A stretch of 63,373 nt of DNA, the filler included, from Deltaproteobacteria bacterium (GTDB lineage Bacteria > JAEEML01): assembly GCA_016283195.1 (NCBI GenBank). It is 8 parts of 8 records of this genome, joined end to end, with 100 filler letters (N's around TTAATTAATTAA, not from the genome) between each part and the next. Parts side by side here need not be neighbours in the genome. Positions count along the whole stretch, not along the records: positions 28,835 to 39,579 come from JAEEML010000187.1; positions 39,680 to 43,538 come from JAEEML010000188.1; positions 43,639 to 50,720 come from JAEEML010000189.1; 5 more parts are not named here. One strand, 5' to 3'. The stretch's first letter is position 1, and each line of letters begins with the position of its first letter. Under the pieces are notes generated by a model. It searched no databases and was not told the DNA's origin. It saw only the letters and a program-made list of their open reading frames with translations. The position numbers were made by a program, and so were the translations under genes. This document shows positions 37,989-48,015 of this stretch, piece after piece.

Positions 37989-39551
37989 TTATTTGGCCAG
38001 TTCCATGGCTCTCGATTCGCGGATAACAGTAATTCTGATTTGCCCGGGATAGGTGAGATCTTCTTCAATCTTTTTGGCTATGTCTTTGCAAATAATAAAC
38101 ATTTTGTCATCGTCGATTTCATTGAAATCAACCATAACCCGCACTTCGCGGCCGGCTTGAATGGCATAGCTCTTGCTAACGCCGGCAAAGCTTGAGGCCA
38201 CTTTTTCCACATCTTCCAAGCGGCGAATATAGGTATCAATAGCTTCTTTTTTGGCTCCCGGGCGATTTTTGCTGAGCTCATCAGCCGCTTGCACAATGAC
38301 ATCGAGCGGTGAGCTGTATTCCAGCGCCTCATGGTGACATCTTACAGCGTGGACAATTTCCGGCCGCTCGCCGTAGCGCTTAAGCAGCTCGGCGCCAACG
38401 GCATAGTGTGGGCCCTCAATTTCCTGATCAACGGCTTTGCCGATATCGTGCAAGAGGCCGGCCCGGCGGGCAAATTTGACTTTAAGGCCGAGTTCTGCTG
38501 CCAGCATACCGGCAATGAAGCCAGTTTCAATAGCGTGTTGCAATTGGTTTTGCCCATCGGTAACGCGATATTTTAACTTGCCGATATGCTTTACAATTTC
38601 CGGATGCAAACCGTGGAGACCCAGCTCAAAAGTGGCCTGCTCGCCGGCTTTTTGGATATTGAGCGCCATCTCAGAGGTAACCTTTTGCACCACCTCTTCA
38701 ATGCGCGCCGGGTGAATACGCCCATCACTGATGAGCCGTTCCAAAGAGAGCTTGCCAATTTCGCGGCGGATAGGGTTAAAGCAGGAAAGAATAACCGCTT
38801 CCGGAGTATCGTCGATGATAATATCCACACCAGTAGCCGCTTCTAAAGCTCTGATATTGCGGCCTTCGCGGCCGATGATGCGCCCCTTCATTTCATCGGA
38901 GGGCAGGTCCACGACACTCACTGTTTTTTCGGCTACATATTCACCGGCGAGACGCTGCATAGCCGAAGCAATAACCATGTGTGCCCGCTGATGAGCTTCT
39001 TCGGCTGCCTCTTTTTCGATGAGGCGGATGGATTTGGCAGCCTCAATACGCGCCGATTCTTCCAAATTGGCCATCAGGCGGCGCCGCGCTTCCTCGCGGG
39101 AAAGACCGGAGACCTCTTCCAGTTTATTTTGCACCTGGTCGGTCATAAAACTGATGGTCTGCTCGTCTTTTTCTATTTTGCTTTCGCGCACATTAAGAGC
39201 TTGCTCTTTTTTCTTGAGCTCTTGCTCACGATGCTCTAATTGCTCGTTTTTCTTATCTATTGTAACTTCTTTTTGCCGAATGCGCTTATCGTTTTTAGTG
39301 TATTCTTCACGGCGCTTTCTGGCCTCGCGCTCAAATTCATTGCGCGCATTTAAAGCCTGTTCTTTAGCTTTGGCTTCGGCCTCTTTTAGAAGATTGTCGC
39401 GTTCAAGTTCAGCTTCGCGGCGCAGTGTCTCTTTACGTTCTTGCAAAGAGCCGTTACGCATGGCGTCCCAGCCTCTAAAGCCAAAAAAACCTCCCAAGGC
39501 TCCCACCACCGCAGCTATGATGGCGATAAGCACAGTCATTCCGATAGTCAC
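37989..39551 (-). CDS. rny: Ribonuclease Y
   Basis: N-terminal TM, coiled coil, KH domain (MKGRIIGREGRNIR), HD domain (LLHDIGK), YAIQAGRE. Confidence 0.97.
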   Translation of the reverse strand: MTIGMTVLIAIIAAVVGALGGFFGFRGWDAMRNGSLQERKETLRREAELERDNLLKEAEAKAKEQALNARNEFEREARKRREEYTKNDKRIRQKEVTIDKKNEQLEHREQELKKKEQALNVRESKIEKDEQTISFMTDQVQNKLEEVSGLSREEARRRLMANLEESARIEAAKSIRLIEKEAAEEAHQRAHMVIASAMQRLAGEYVAEKTVSVVDLPSDEMKGRIIGREGRNIRALEAATGVDIIIDDTPEAVILSCFNPIRREIGKLSLERLISDGRIHPARIEEVVQKVTSEMALNIQKAGEQATFELGLHGLHPEIVKHIGKLKYRVTDGQNQLQHAIETGFIAGMLAAELGLKVKFARRAGLLHDIGKAVDQEIEGPHYAVGAELLKRYGERPEIVHAVRCHHEALEYSSPLDVIVQAADELSKNRPGAKKEAIDTYIRRLEDVEKVASSFAGVSKSYAIQAGREVRVMVDFNEIDDDKMFIICKDIAKKIEEDLTYPGQIRITVIRESRAMELAK

Positions 39552-39579
39552 CTGATACCTCCATAGTGCTTGAAAATAG

Positions 39580-39679
39580 NNNNNNNNNNNNNNNNNNNNN
39601 NNNNNNNNNNNNNNNNNNNNNNNTTAATTAATTAANNNNNNNNNNNNNNNNNNNNNNNNNNNNNNNNNNNNNNNNNNNN
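39580..39679. other. Artificial contig linker
   Basis: N44-TTAATTAATTAA-N44. Confidence 0.99.
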
Positions 39680-39820
39680 CAATTTACCGAAGAAGAAGAC
39701 AAAGCGGCCGAGATAGACCCGGCAAAATTTGAAGAAGAATTTGAAAAGAATGTAAAAACAGCAATTTGTAAAAGCGTGGAAGAGTGCCGGCAATATAAAG
39801 CTGCTGATGGCAGCTATGTG
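39680..39820 (+). repeat. 141-bp exact terminal direct repeat (second copy at 43398-43538)
   Basis: CAATTTACCGAAG...GGCAGCTATGTG at both ends of the contig. Confidence 0.95.
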
Positions 39821-42800
39821 GTCTCTATAGAAGAAGCGGACAAAGAGCGTAGTTATATCCTTTGGCTAAATGCCCTTACCATGGCTAATGGTGGAAAAGA
39901 GGGCGGCGGTCTTTATGCTTTTAGCGCCGAAAGTTCCGAAGATCTTTGCCGCGTTGGTGCCACTTGCGAGCTCACTGCCGGGCGCGCAGAGAGCCTCACG
40001 GTAAATGCCCAATTTGTTTTTTCTGATGCCGCTAGCGAAGAGCCCGCCGCCGCTCCCAGCTCTCTAAAGAGCAAAAAAGCTGGCCGGCCGGGGACAATGC
40101 ACGTTTATATCACTCCCGATGGCCTGCCTGATGATGAATATATTGAATATAAATTTTCTCTTAATGGCAGTAGCAGCTATTCCTGGCAGGGCTCTCTGCC
40201 GAAATATCGCAATATGCGCCTCTCTTTGACCGCCGGCGATAAGCCGCTTCCCATTATGCGCCTTAGCGAAGAAGCCACTTGCTATGATTTACTCATTTAT
40301 CAAGATGGCGCCGAAAGCTGGCTGGATTTTGCGGCCGAAGCTAAGCGCCTCGGGATAACAGATTTTAACCCGGCTTGCAAAGCGAGTGCCAGTGAGCTTG
40401 AGCATTTTACCCGCTGCGGCGATATGGGCTGTGTCATCGAATCTTGCGGTACTGTCAGTCGCTTGTCCAATATAAGCTTGCCCCAGTGGTATTTTATGGA
40501 GCTTCCAAACGCTGAAGAAAATATTTTTACTATTCCGGCTGATAATGGTGATGGCAGTACTGAGATTTTACTCGATCTCTTTAGTGATGATGAAGGCCTA
40601 AAAACTCTTAAAAATTATCGCGGGTTGCCCAAGTGGCAGGTGAGCGGTGTTTTGACCAACAAGACTACCAAAATCGGCTGTCATTATAATATCAGTATTC
40701 TGCCCGAGGGTGATGACTATTCCCTGTTGCCGGCCGAGGAAAATCCGGCCGCAGACGCAATAAAGCCTGGCATCTTTAAACAGCTCATGAACCATCATGG
40801 CACTCTATATGCGCTAAATGAAGTGCCAAGCTACCATGAAGATCCAAGACTTAGCAATTATATGGAAAGAGTTAATTTACAGGTTATAGCCTTTGATAAG
40901 GGGGCAAATGGCTATAATGGGCAAATAATTTTTGATTTGCAGAAATTTATTGCCGATAAAGCAAATAATGCTGAGTATTTAGAAATGCTTCTTTATCAAA
41001 AAGATTTTCCTGCCCTTTCGGTAATTGATGATGAACTGGTTTTGGTTTTTGACAATATAAACGATGGCAATGAGGGGACAGTTTCAGCCGATTATATAAA
41101 AATAAGTGCTACGGGCAGTCAGCTGGTAAATAGTAATAGCACTCTCAATAACATTACTGGCTATTTAGCTAATAATATTGAAAATATCTTAAAAGAACAA
41201 GAACACAACCCTGATTTTATTTCACTGAGTTTAGAAGCTGCTCTGGGGCTTTTTTCCCTAGATGAAGCGAAAAGCATGGCCATATTTAAAGCCTTTACCG
41301 GTCACAGTTGGGATTTAACCGCTTATATTGCTACTACCGGTAATCCTGGTGAAACTTACTATATTAGTCCCAGAGCTGATACTGCCGCCTACAAAGTAGT
41401 GGCTGATAATAACGGCGCCCGCAAGCTGGTTATTTATTATCAGGACTTCGATGATATGTTCACCGATCCGCCTACTTATACCGCCAAAATATCAGTGCTT
41501 GATTTGGGTAACAACATGAGTGAGAAATTTTCTTCCCATACCTTGATATTGAGTGATGATGAAAATGATGATGGAGAATATCTCTACCCCCATGATATTT
41601 ATATCAGTGATGACGGCTATGTATATGCTACTGATTATATTGAACAAACCATCAGGCGCACTCAAAAATCCGTTTTTGAGCTTAATGCTAATGATTATAA
41701 ACTCGCTACCGATGAATTGGCAGTTTTAACGATTGCCCCTTATGCCATGAGCAACCACAATGGTCAGTTACTTGTGAGCGCCGGTTATATGGCGGGCGAT
41801 CTATACGCTGTTGAGTCCTTTGATACCGCCAGTTATATTGATTATACCATAAATGATAAGCCAAGAATGGCAGCAGACGCTATTGTGGAGCCAACGGCTA
41901 TACTTTATTCCAACGAGAATATTTGGGTGGCCGACAGCTCTTTGGGCGTGATTAGAGGTTTTAACCCCAATAACGGTGCCGTGGCCAGGAGTATAGGCGC
42001 TGTTGGCGCTATGCCAAGCGGTGATGATACTGTTTTGGGTAACCACTCATTGGGAACTATTATCGATATGAAACCAGCTGGAGATGCTGGGCTCTTTATC
42101 GCTACCCTTACCAATTATACCTCTTTCGGCGAGGATAATACTTTTTCTGCGCACTCGCTTGTTTACAAATACCTGTTCGACGACACCATCTCTATAGTGG
42201 CACCTTCAGGTCAGGTTGAGGAATTAAGACTAAATCGCCAGCCAGGCAAGAACGTTTTTGCTCCTATGCGTAGTATAGAATGCTTTAAGCGAATAGAGAT
42301 TTGTGAGCAGGCAGGAATAGATGAAGCCAGTTGCCCATTTATGTGTGAATATGCATCCTTGGATCTTACTTTTAATAGCCAGTTTATCACCATAGCCAAT
42401 TTTGGTGATGAGGTTATTTTCAATATGCCTTCCGAGAAGGAAGGCGTTTGGTACGATTACCGCACAACCGGCGGCGCCACCTGGTCAATAAACTCATCTT
42501 CGGCCCCGCTTGGCGCAAATGTGACATTTAGCGATGGCGCTACCGAGACTATTGTGGCCATCTTAGACAATGGTGACACCAAAGATCTGGCTTGCGTTAC
42601 CATTGATACCAGGCAGACTGCGGCCGAGCCGGGAAATACTTCCGGTAATACGTTTATAAGGTGGAATTATTATTCATATGCCGAGGGAGAATTTAGCACA
42701 TCAGAAGATTCCTCGGAATTTGTTAATAGTGATAATGGCTACGATATTAAAGCACTGGCCAAAGCTGATAACGACACCTTCTATGTGCTCTATACAACGA

Positions 42801-43096
42801 GTGAACTGGTATCAATTGATGACGATGAAACCTATGTGGATGACCCGGGACTGCTCAAGATAAGTTACAAAGATGCCGACGGTCAGGCCCGCCCGCGCTG
42901 CGAACCGAGTGCTAATCTGCCGCCGCTGGCGGAGAAGCTGGATTTTACTTTGCCGGCTGGTACCAAGAGCATGACTCATGTCCCTGCCGGTGGTGACCAC
43001 CCGGAGCTCCTTTGTTATACAGTGATAAACGGCAATACTTACGATGTACGCTGTAAGTCTCTGGCTAACTATTCGGCAGCTGAATCCGGCAATTGA
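39680..43096 (+). CDS. Large acidic surface protein, likely beta-propeller-containing; 5' end lies at 43242
   Basis: Open frame from the contig start; NHL-like P.DI.I...G.VYATD and P.AI......IWVADS motifs. Confidence 0.75.
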   Translation, partial: QFTEEEDKAAEIDPAKFEEEFEKNVKTAICKSVEECRQYKAADGSYVVSIEEADKERSYILWLNALTMANGGKEGGGLYAFSAESSEDLCRVGATCELTAGRAESLTVNAQFVFSDAASEEPAAAPSSLKSKKAGRPGTMHVYITPDGLPDDEYIEYKFSLNGSSSYSWQGSLPKYRNMRLSLTAGDKPLPIMRLSEEATCYDLLIYQDGAESWLDFAAEAKRLGITDFNPACKASASELEHFTRCGDMGCVIESCGTVSRLSNISLPQWYFMELPNAEENIFTIPADNGDGSTEILLDLFSDDEGLKTLKNYRGLPKWQVSGVLTNKTTKIGCHYNISILPEGDDYSLLPAEENPAADAIKPGIFKQLMNHHGTLYALNEVPSYHEDPRLSNYMERVNLQVIAFDKGANGYNGQIIFDLQKFIADKANNAEYLEMLLYQKDFPALSVIDDELVLVFDNINDGNEGTVSADYIKISATGSQLVNSNSTLNNITGYLANNIENILKEQEHNPDFISLSLEAALGLFSLDEAKSMAIFKAFTGHSWDLTAYIATTGNPGETYYISPRADTAAYKVVADNNGARKLVIYYQDFDDMFTDPPTYTAKISVLDLGNNMSEKFSSHTLILSDDENDDGEYLYPHDIYISDDGYVYATDYIEQTIRRTQKSVFELNANDYKLATDELAVLTIAPYAMSNHNGQLLVSAGYMAGDLYAVESFDTASYIDYTINDKPRMAADAIVEPTAILYSNENIWVADSSLGVIRGFNPNNGAVARSIGAVGAMPSGDDTVLGNHSLGTIIDMKPAGDAGLFIATLTNYTSFGEDNTFSAHSLVYKYLFDDTISIVAPSGQVEELRLNRQPGKNVFAPMRSIECFKRIEICEQAGIDEASCPFMCEYASLDLTFNSQFITIANFGDEVIFNMPSEKEGVWYDYRTTGGATWSINSSSAPLGANVTFSDGATETIVAILDNGDTKDLACVTIDTRQTAAEPGNTSGNTFIRWNYYSYAEGEFSTSEDSSEFVNSDNGYDIKALAKADNDTFYVLYTTSELVSIDDDETYVDDPGLLKISYKDADGQARPRCEPSANLPPLAEKLDFTLPAGTKSMTHVPAGGDHPELLCYTVINGNTYDVRCKSLANYSAAESGN

Positions 43097-43241
43097 ATAT
43101 TTTCCCTCCCCGGCGCAAAAAATCCCCCACTACCCGCAAAATTTTGCTAAAAAGCTCTTTGTGGTGACGCTAGTCACTGCCAATAAATATGGTTTGATTA
43201 TACTGTTTTAGCCCTTGGTGCGGCGACAAAAGGAGATAAAG

Positions 43242-43538
43242 ATGAAAAAATATAGCCTTTTAGCTCTGGCTTTGGCTCTTACGCTGGTAGCTTGTAACGG
43301 CGGCGGGCATGGCAATGTGGAGGGCAACATAAAGCTGAAATTACCCCAGCTGGCCGAAGGTGAAGAGCTAGCTTATCTCAATATAGAAGCGCGCCCACAA
43401 TTTACCGAAGAAGAAGACAAAGCGGCCGAGATAGACCCGGCAAAATTTGAAGAAGAATTTGAAAAGAATGTAAAAACAGCAATTTGTAAAAGCGTGGAAG
43501 AGTGCCGGCAATATAAAGCTGCTGATGGCAGCTATGTG
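43242..43538 (+). CDS. Lipoprotein N-terminus, continuous in frame with the 39680 ORF through the terminal repeat
   Basis: AAGGAG RBS; MKKYSLLALALALTLVAC lipobox. Confidence 0.85.
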
Positions 43539-43638
43539 NNNNNNNNNNNNNNNNNNNNNNNNNNNNNNNNNNNNNNNNNNNNTTAATTAATTAANNNNNN
43601 NNNNNNNNNNNNNNNNNNNNNNNNNNNNNNNNNNNNNN
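43539..43638. other. Artificial contig linker
   Basis: N44-TTAATTAATTAA-N44. Confidence 0.99.
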
Positions 43639-45372
43639 AAGGAACTTGATGTAAAACTCGATGATAATGTTCAACATTTTTCTTATAAGAATGGCGTTTA
43701 TACTGTAAAAGGCCGCGCTCAGGCCGGGCGCCATGTGCTCTCTATTGCTGCCAAAAATGAGGAAGATAACGAGGCCGAACCGGTGCATGCCGTTTTTTGG
43801 CAGGAAAAAGAGCCTTTTAATTGGAATGACAGCGTTCTTTACCTCCTCTTTATCGACCGTTTTGCCAATGGCGATACCACGAATGATCACTCTCTTGGCA
43901 GCCCGGTTACCTGGGCGGCAGATTGGCACGGCGGCGACCTCGCCGGTGCGCAAAAAGTTTTGGAATCCGGCTATTTTGAAGAGCTCGGCGTTAAAGCTAT
44001 CTGGTTGAGCCCGGTTAATAGGCAGGTGGAAGGCCATTTTATTGAATCCGGCGGTGATCATGAAATAGCGCCTTACCATGGTTATTGGCCGGTAAAAGCC
44101 CGCGAGGTGGAGCCGCGCTACGGTGGCAACGAAGCACTCAAAAAATTTGTCCAAGCCGCTCATAAGCGGGGCATTCGCGTTTTGCTTGATCTAATCAACA
44201 ACCAGGTGCATGAGCAACATGAGTATTATGTGGCTCATCCCGATTGGTTCCGCACCGGTTGTGTTTGCGGTACTGCTGGTTGCGGCTGGAGTGAAAAGCC
44301 GCTGGAGTGTCTCTTCACCACTTACTTGCCCGATATAAATTGGCAAAACGATGAAACAGCCCGCCAGTTTATCAGCGATGCCGTTTTTTGGATTGATGAA
44401 TTCGGGGTTGACGGTTTCCGCGTTGATGCCGTTAAGCACGTAGAAATTAACTCCATTTACAATATGCGTGCCGCTTTAAAACAGCGCTTTGAACAGGGCG
44501 GAACGCGCATGGTGATGATTGGTGAGACGGCCGTTGGCGAGAATGATAATTATCATAGTTATGGTCTTAATTTTAATAATGGTTACGAATGGATAATGGG
44601 CTACACCGGCGAATATGGCCTCGACGGCCAATTTGATTTTCCCACTTATCACAAAGTTAATTATGGCTTACTTACTGGCACTATGTCCTTCCGCGATGTG
44701 GAGGAGGCCATAAAAACTATGGAACAAAATTACCATGTCTTTACCGCCAAACAGCCGCTCCACGTCTCCTATCTTGGCAGCCACGATACCAACCGCATGG
44801 TGACGCGGGCCGAAAATGCTGATAATAAAGATAATAAATGGGACAATCTCCCGCAGCAATCTAATGATCCCATGGTCTATAGCCGCCTGAAAAACAGCTG
44901 GACTTTCCTTATGACTATGCCCTTTATGCCGCTACTCTATAACGGCGATGAAGTGGCTGTGCCCGGTGGTAACGACCCGGATAACCGCCGCGATATGATT
45001 TGGAACGGCGATCTTGATAGCCTCAATAATCCGCAGATTAATGCCAATATGTTAAACGAAAAGCAGCTGGAACTAAGGGAATGGATTAAAAAACTGGCCA
45101 AAGCCCGCAAAGATTATCCGGTAATAACCCGCGGTTTGCGCCAAGAACTCTATCTTGAGCAGAATTACTATGTCTATGCCCGCTATGATGTTAACTCCAC
45201 AGCCATTGTGGCTATTAATAATGGTGAGCAAGTGAGTATTTCGGTGCCGATTAATAACATGAAAGCCTCAGCGCCGGAATTGGTTGTCGGCGATGCCACA
45301 GCCACTTATAGCAATAATGTTATGCAGCTCACTATTCCCGCTAACAGCAGCAGTATCTTTATTATGAAATAA
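43639..45372 (+). CDS. GH13 alpha-amylase family glycoside hydrolase, 5' truncated
   Basis: DRFANGD, GGDL.G, YHGYW, DGFRVDAVKH, GE, SHD, DPDNRR. Confidence 0.92.
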   Translation, partial: KELDVKLDDNVQHFSYKNGVYTVKGRAQAGRHVLSIAAKNEEDNEAEPVHAVFWQEKEPFNWNDSVLYLLFIDRFANGDTTNDHSLGSPVTWAADWHGGDLAGAQKVLESGYFEELGVKAIWLSPVNRQVEGHFIESGGDHEIAPYHGYWPVKAREVEPRYGGNEALKKFVQAAHKRGIRVLLDLINNQVHEQHEYYVAHPDWFRTGCVCGTAGCGWSEKPLECLFTTYLPDINWQNDETARQFISDAVFWIDEFGVDGFRVDAVKHVEINSIYNMRAALKQRFEQGGTRMVMIGETAVGENDNYHSYGLNFNNGYEWIMGYTGEYGLDGQFDFPTYHKVNYGLLTGTMSFRDVEEAIKTMEQNYHVFTAKQPLHVSYLGSHDTNRMVTRAENADNKDNKWDNLPQQSNDPMVYSRLKNSWTFLMTMPFMPLLYNGDEVAVPGGNDPDNRRDMIWNGDLDSLNNPQINANMLNEKQLELREWIKKLAKARKDYPVITRGLRQELYLEQNYYVYARYDVNSTAIVAINNGEQVSISVPINNMKASAPELVVGDATATYSNNVMQLTIPANSSSIFIMK

Positions 45373-45462
45373 ATCCTAAAATCTCACCGGCCGCCGCCTT
45401 TTCTCTATTTGCTAGCTAAATAAAATAATAAGTTTCTCAAATATCCATATATATACAATAAG

Positions 45463-45543
45463 TTCCCCCTCTCCATTTGTCAAAATGGAGAGGGGGCTAG
45501 GGGGTGAGGGATGTTAAAATGGAGAGGGAACTAGGGGGTGAGT
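45463..45543. repeat. Family C repeat (rc) with partial tandem duplication, between convergent genes
   Basis: TTCCCCCTCTCCATT..AATGGAGAGGGGG hairpin; AAAATGGAGAGGG..CTAGGGGGTGAG occurs twice. Confidence 0.8.
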
Positions 45544-45597
45544 GCAAAGAGGCGGATATTGGGCTAGTGGGTGAGGAATGTCAAAATAAATATGGGG

Positions 45598-46791
45598 TTA
45601 GGGATTGAGGTCTTCCAAAAAGCCGCCGTCTCTGATTAATTGCATAGCCAGTTGGACAGCTTTTTGGGCTTTTTCGGCTTTAGCCTGCTCATCGGTAAGG
45701 CGGTCTTCCATGCCGCTCACTTCGCTGTTAAGATCTGCCACTTGTTGCTGAGCGGCGGCCAGTGAGGCCTCCAAATTGGCCATATCACTGCCTGCAGCTT
45801 GATGTTCTTCCAGCGCGGCAGAGAGATTTTGTACTTGCTCGGCCAGGTCATTGCGCTCGGCAATCAGCGCTTTGGTCTTTTCGGCCAGTTGGGTAAGTTT
45901 TTGCATAAGAAGCTCATATTGCTCTTCTTTTTCGGCCAGTTTGCTTTCTAGCGCTTTTTGAGCTTTTTGGGCAGAGGCCAGTTCGCGGCCTTTGCTGTTT
46001 TCGGCTAAAAGGCGATCGCTGAATTCCAGCTCTTTATTTCTTAGCTGATCTTCCAGCTTTTTAACTTTTTGTTTGAGTTCTTGATTCTCTTTGCGCAGAC
46101 GGCTATCACCGGCGCCGGAGGCAACGGAACTTATAGAACTGACGGTGGTTTGCGAATCATGAAGCTTGCTGAGATCCGGAATACTGGCGGTAACAGTGCG
46201 CTCTTCATCTAATAATCTGGCAATATTCGGCCGTTGAGCTAGTTGGGTCTTTTCGGTTCTTTCAGGCCGTTGCACAGTTGTTTTTTCCAGCATAATATCC
46301 GGTATTTTGTGGATGGCTGTTGCTCTGCCCACTAGTTCATCTATATCGGAAAAGGTTGAAGAAACTAAGCGGCGTTGCGGCGGCGAAGCCGGGCGGCTTG
46401 GGGCCGGCGGCTCTTTATTATCGCGAATTAAATCGCGCATTTCGCGGACTAGCACTTCCATATTGAGCGGCTTTTTCATGTACAAATCGGCATGAGTTCT
46501 GAGCTTTTGATGCTGGGCAAAAGTGCTTTCGGCTGCCGGATTGGCCGAGATAATAATGAGCGGCACCACTTGGCCTGTGGCATCTTTACGCAGACGGTTG
46601 CAAATAGAATAGCCGTTGCTGCGCGGCAATTCCGCGGCCATAATAATGATATCAACCGGCGTGTGACTTAAGTGCTGCAAAGCCACGCCACCATCGTCAA
46701 CTGTCGTGACATCATATTTGTGTGCAGAAAGATATTCACTGATGCTGGCCGCATCTTGAGCATTGCTCTCGATAAGTAACACCTTGTTCAT
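45598..46791 (-). CDS. Atypical receiver domain plus coiled-coil protein (AglZ/FrzS-like architecture)
   Basis: KVLLIE...DIIIMAAELP..NGYSICNRLRK...AD.YMKKP receiver lacking the phospho-acceptor Asp; long C-terminal coiled coil. Confidence 0.75.
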   Translation of the reverse strand: MNKVLLIESNAQDAASISEYLSAHKYDVTTVDDGGVALQHLSHTPVDIIIMAAELPRSNGYSICNRLRKDATGQVVPLIIISANPAAESTFAQHQKLRTHADLYMKKPLNMEVLVREMRDLIRDNKEPPAPSRPASPPQRRLVSSTFSDIDELVGRATAIHKIPDIMLEKTTVQRPERTEKTQLAQRPNIARLLDEERTVTASIPDLSKLHDSQTTVSSISSVASGAGDSRLRKENQELKQKVKKLEDQLRNKELEFSDRLLAENSKGRELASAQKAQKALESKLAEKEEQYELLMQKLTQLAEKTKALIAERNDLAEQVQNLSAALEEHQAAGSDMANLEASLAAAQQQVADLNSEVSGMEDRLTDEQAKAEKAQKAVQLAMQLIRDGGFLEDLNP

Positions 46792-46864
46792 AATTGTTCA
46801 CCTCTTTGGTACCTAGGGCGTACACTGCTCCACTCTAGCTTTAGAGAGGCGGCTTGGCAAGTGC

Positions 46865-48007
46865 TTAATTGGGAATAGTTAATACTTCATGCTTTATGGT
46901 TAACTGATTGATGAGATTAATGAGTACATCACTGGCGGCTAAATCCAGGCCGTTTAAAAGCATGGCATCCTGGATAGTATCAATCTGCGGCATATATTTA
47001 TCAACCTGCTCCTTAGCCGCTGCCGGGCCTTTGGCATCCAAAGTGGCGGCGATTAATTCCGGAATCAAAAAAGTGCGCATATCATTGGCCGGATCGCTTG
47101 ACATTTGGTCGCTACCAGCCGCTTCTCTCTCGATTGTTTTGGCAATATGCGCGCTGTATTGCTCCCTTGAAGCGGAAAAACGCTCCAAAGAGAGCAAATG
47201 CAGATCCTTGGTTTCCGCTTTTAAAAGAGTAGCCGGCAGGCGCTTATAAATAGCTGTTTCCTGCTCTTTAGAGAGCTTATTTACCACCTGCCAGGCAATG
47301 TCGATAGGCGGGAGGGGCGCGGCGCTACTCAGCCAGTGCCACATAAGCTGACCGTTTTTAAAAGACCAACCGGCCGGTGAGAGATCGCGAATATTAGCTA
47401 TAATATCAGCACCTGTAAGAGCAATTTGTACTTGGCTGGGCGGCTTGGGCCAGCGTTTTAGCCCTTTTAAAGTGAGGGCATAAGTTTGCATATCGGCCAG
47501 AGCTTCGCGGAGAATTTTTTCATCGTTACTTCGGCCCTCACCGCTAATCGCGCTGTTGCCATAGAGCGAGCTGGCACTGGCGCCGGAGTGAGCTTTTAGT
47601 TCATAGCGGCTTAAAACAGCCACTTTTTGCCCGGCCGGTAAGGCAACATCGACCTGATAATAGCAGGGCCCGTTATTAAGAGGCGCGGTGCTGCAACCGC
47701 TTGGCGTATCTTTTACAGCTACCGGTTTGCCGTTAACGCTCACAACAAAGTTGCGGACATCGCTATGGCTAAAAATCAGGCTGATAGCGGTTTTGATTTT
47801 GGCTAAAAGCTCCAGCTCGGAAACCACCTGTGCTTTGCCATCATTCATGGAAATAGCCAAATTAGCCTTTTCCACGCTGGTTCCTGTTGGGTGCCTGGGC
47901 AGTAAAAAAGCCTGCTGCACCGGAAAAGCCGGGATAACATAAGCCTTGGCTAAAGATGGTAAAGCTAAAAAAATCAGGTAGATAAGAACAAGGCGGCCAA
48001 ATTTCAT
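46865..48007 (-). CDS. Secreted hypothetical protein
   Basis: Signal peptide; 380-aa ORF directly downstream of dnaB. Confidence 0.7.
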   Translation of the reverse strand: MKFGRLVLIYLIFLALPSLAKAYVIPAFPVQQAFLLPRHPTGTSVEKANLAISMNDGKAQVVSELELLAKIKTAISLIFSHSDVRNFVVSVNGKPVAVKDTPSGCSTAPLNNGPCYYQVDVALPAGQKVAVLSRYELKAHSGASASSLYGNSAISGEGRSNDEKILREALADMQTYALTLKGLKRWPKPPSQVQIALTGADIIANIRDLSPAGWSFKNGQLMWHWLSSAAPLPPIDIAWQVVNKLSKEQETAIYKRLPATLLKAETKDLHLLSLERFSASREQYSAHIAKTIEREAAGSDQMSSDPANDMRTFLIPELIAATLDAKGPAAAKEQVDKYMPQIDTIQDAMLLNGLDLAASDVLINLINQLTIKHEVLTIPN

Positions 48008-48015
48008 AGCAGCTC

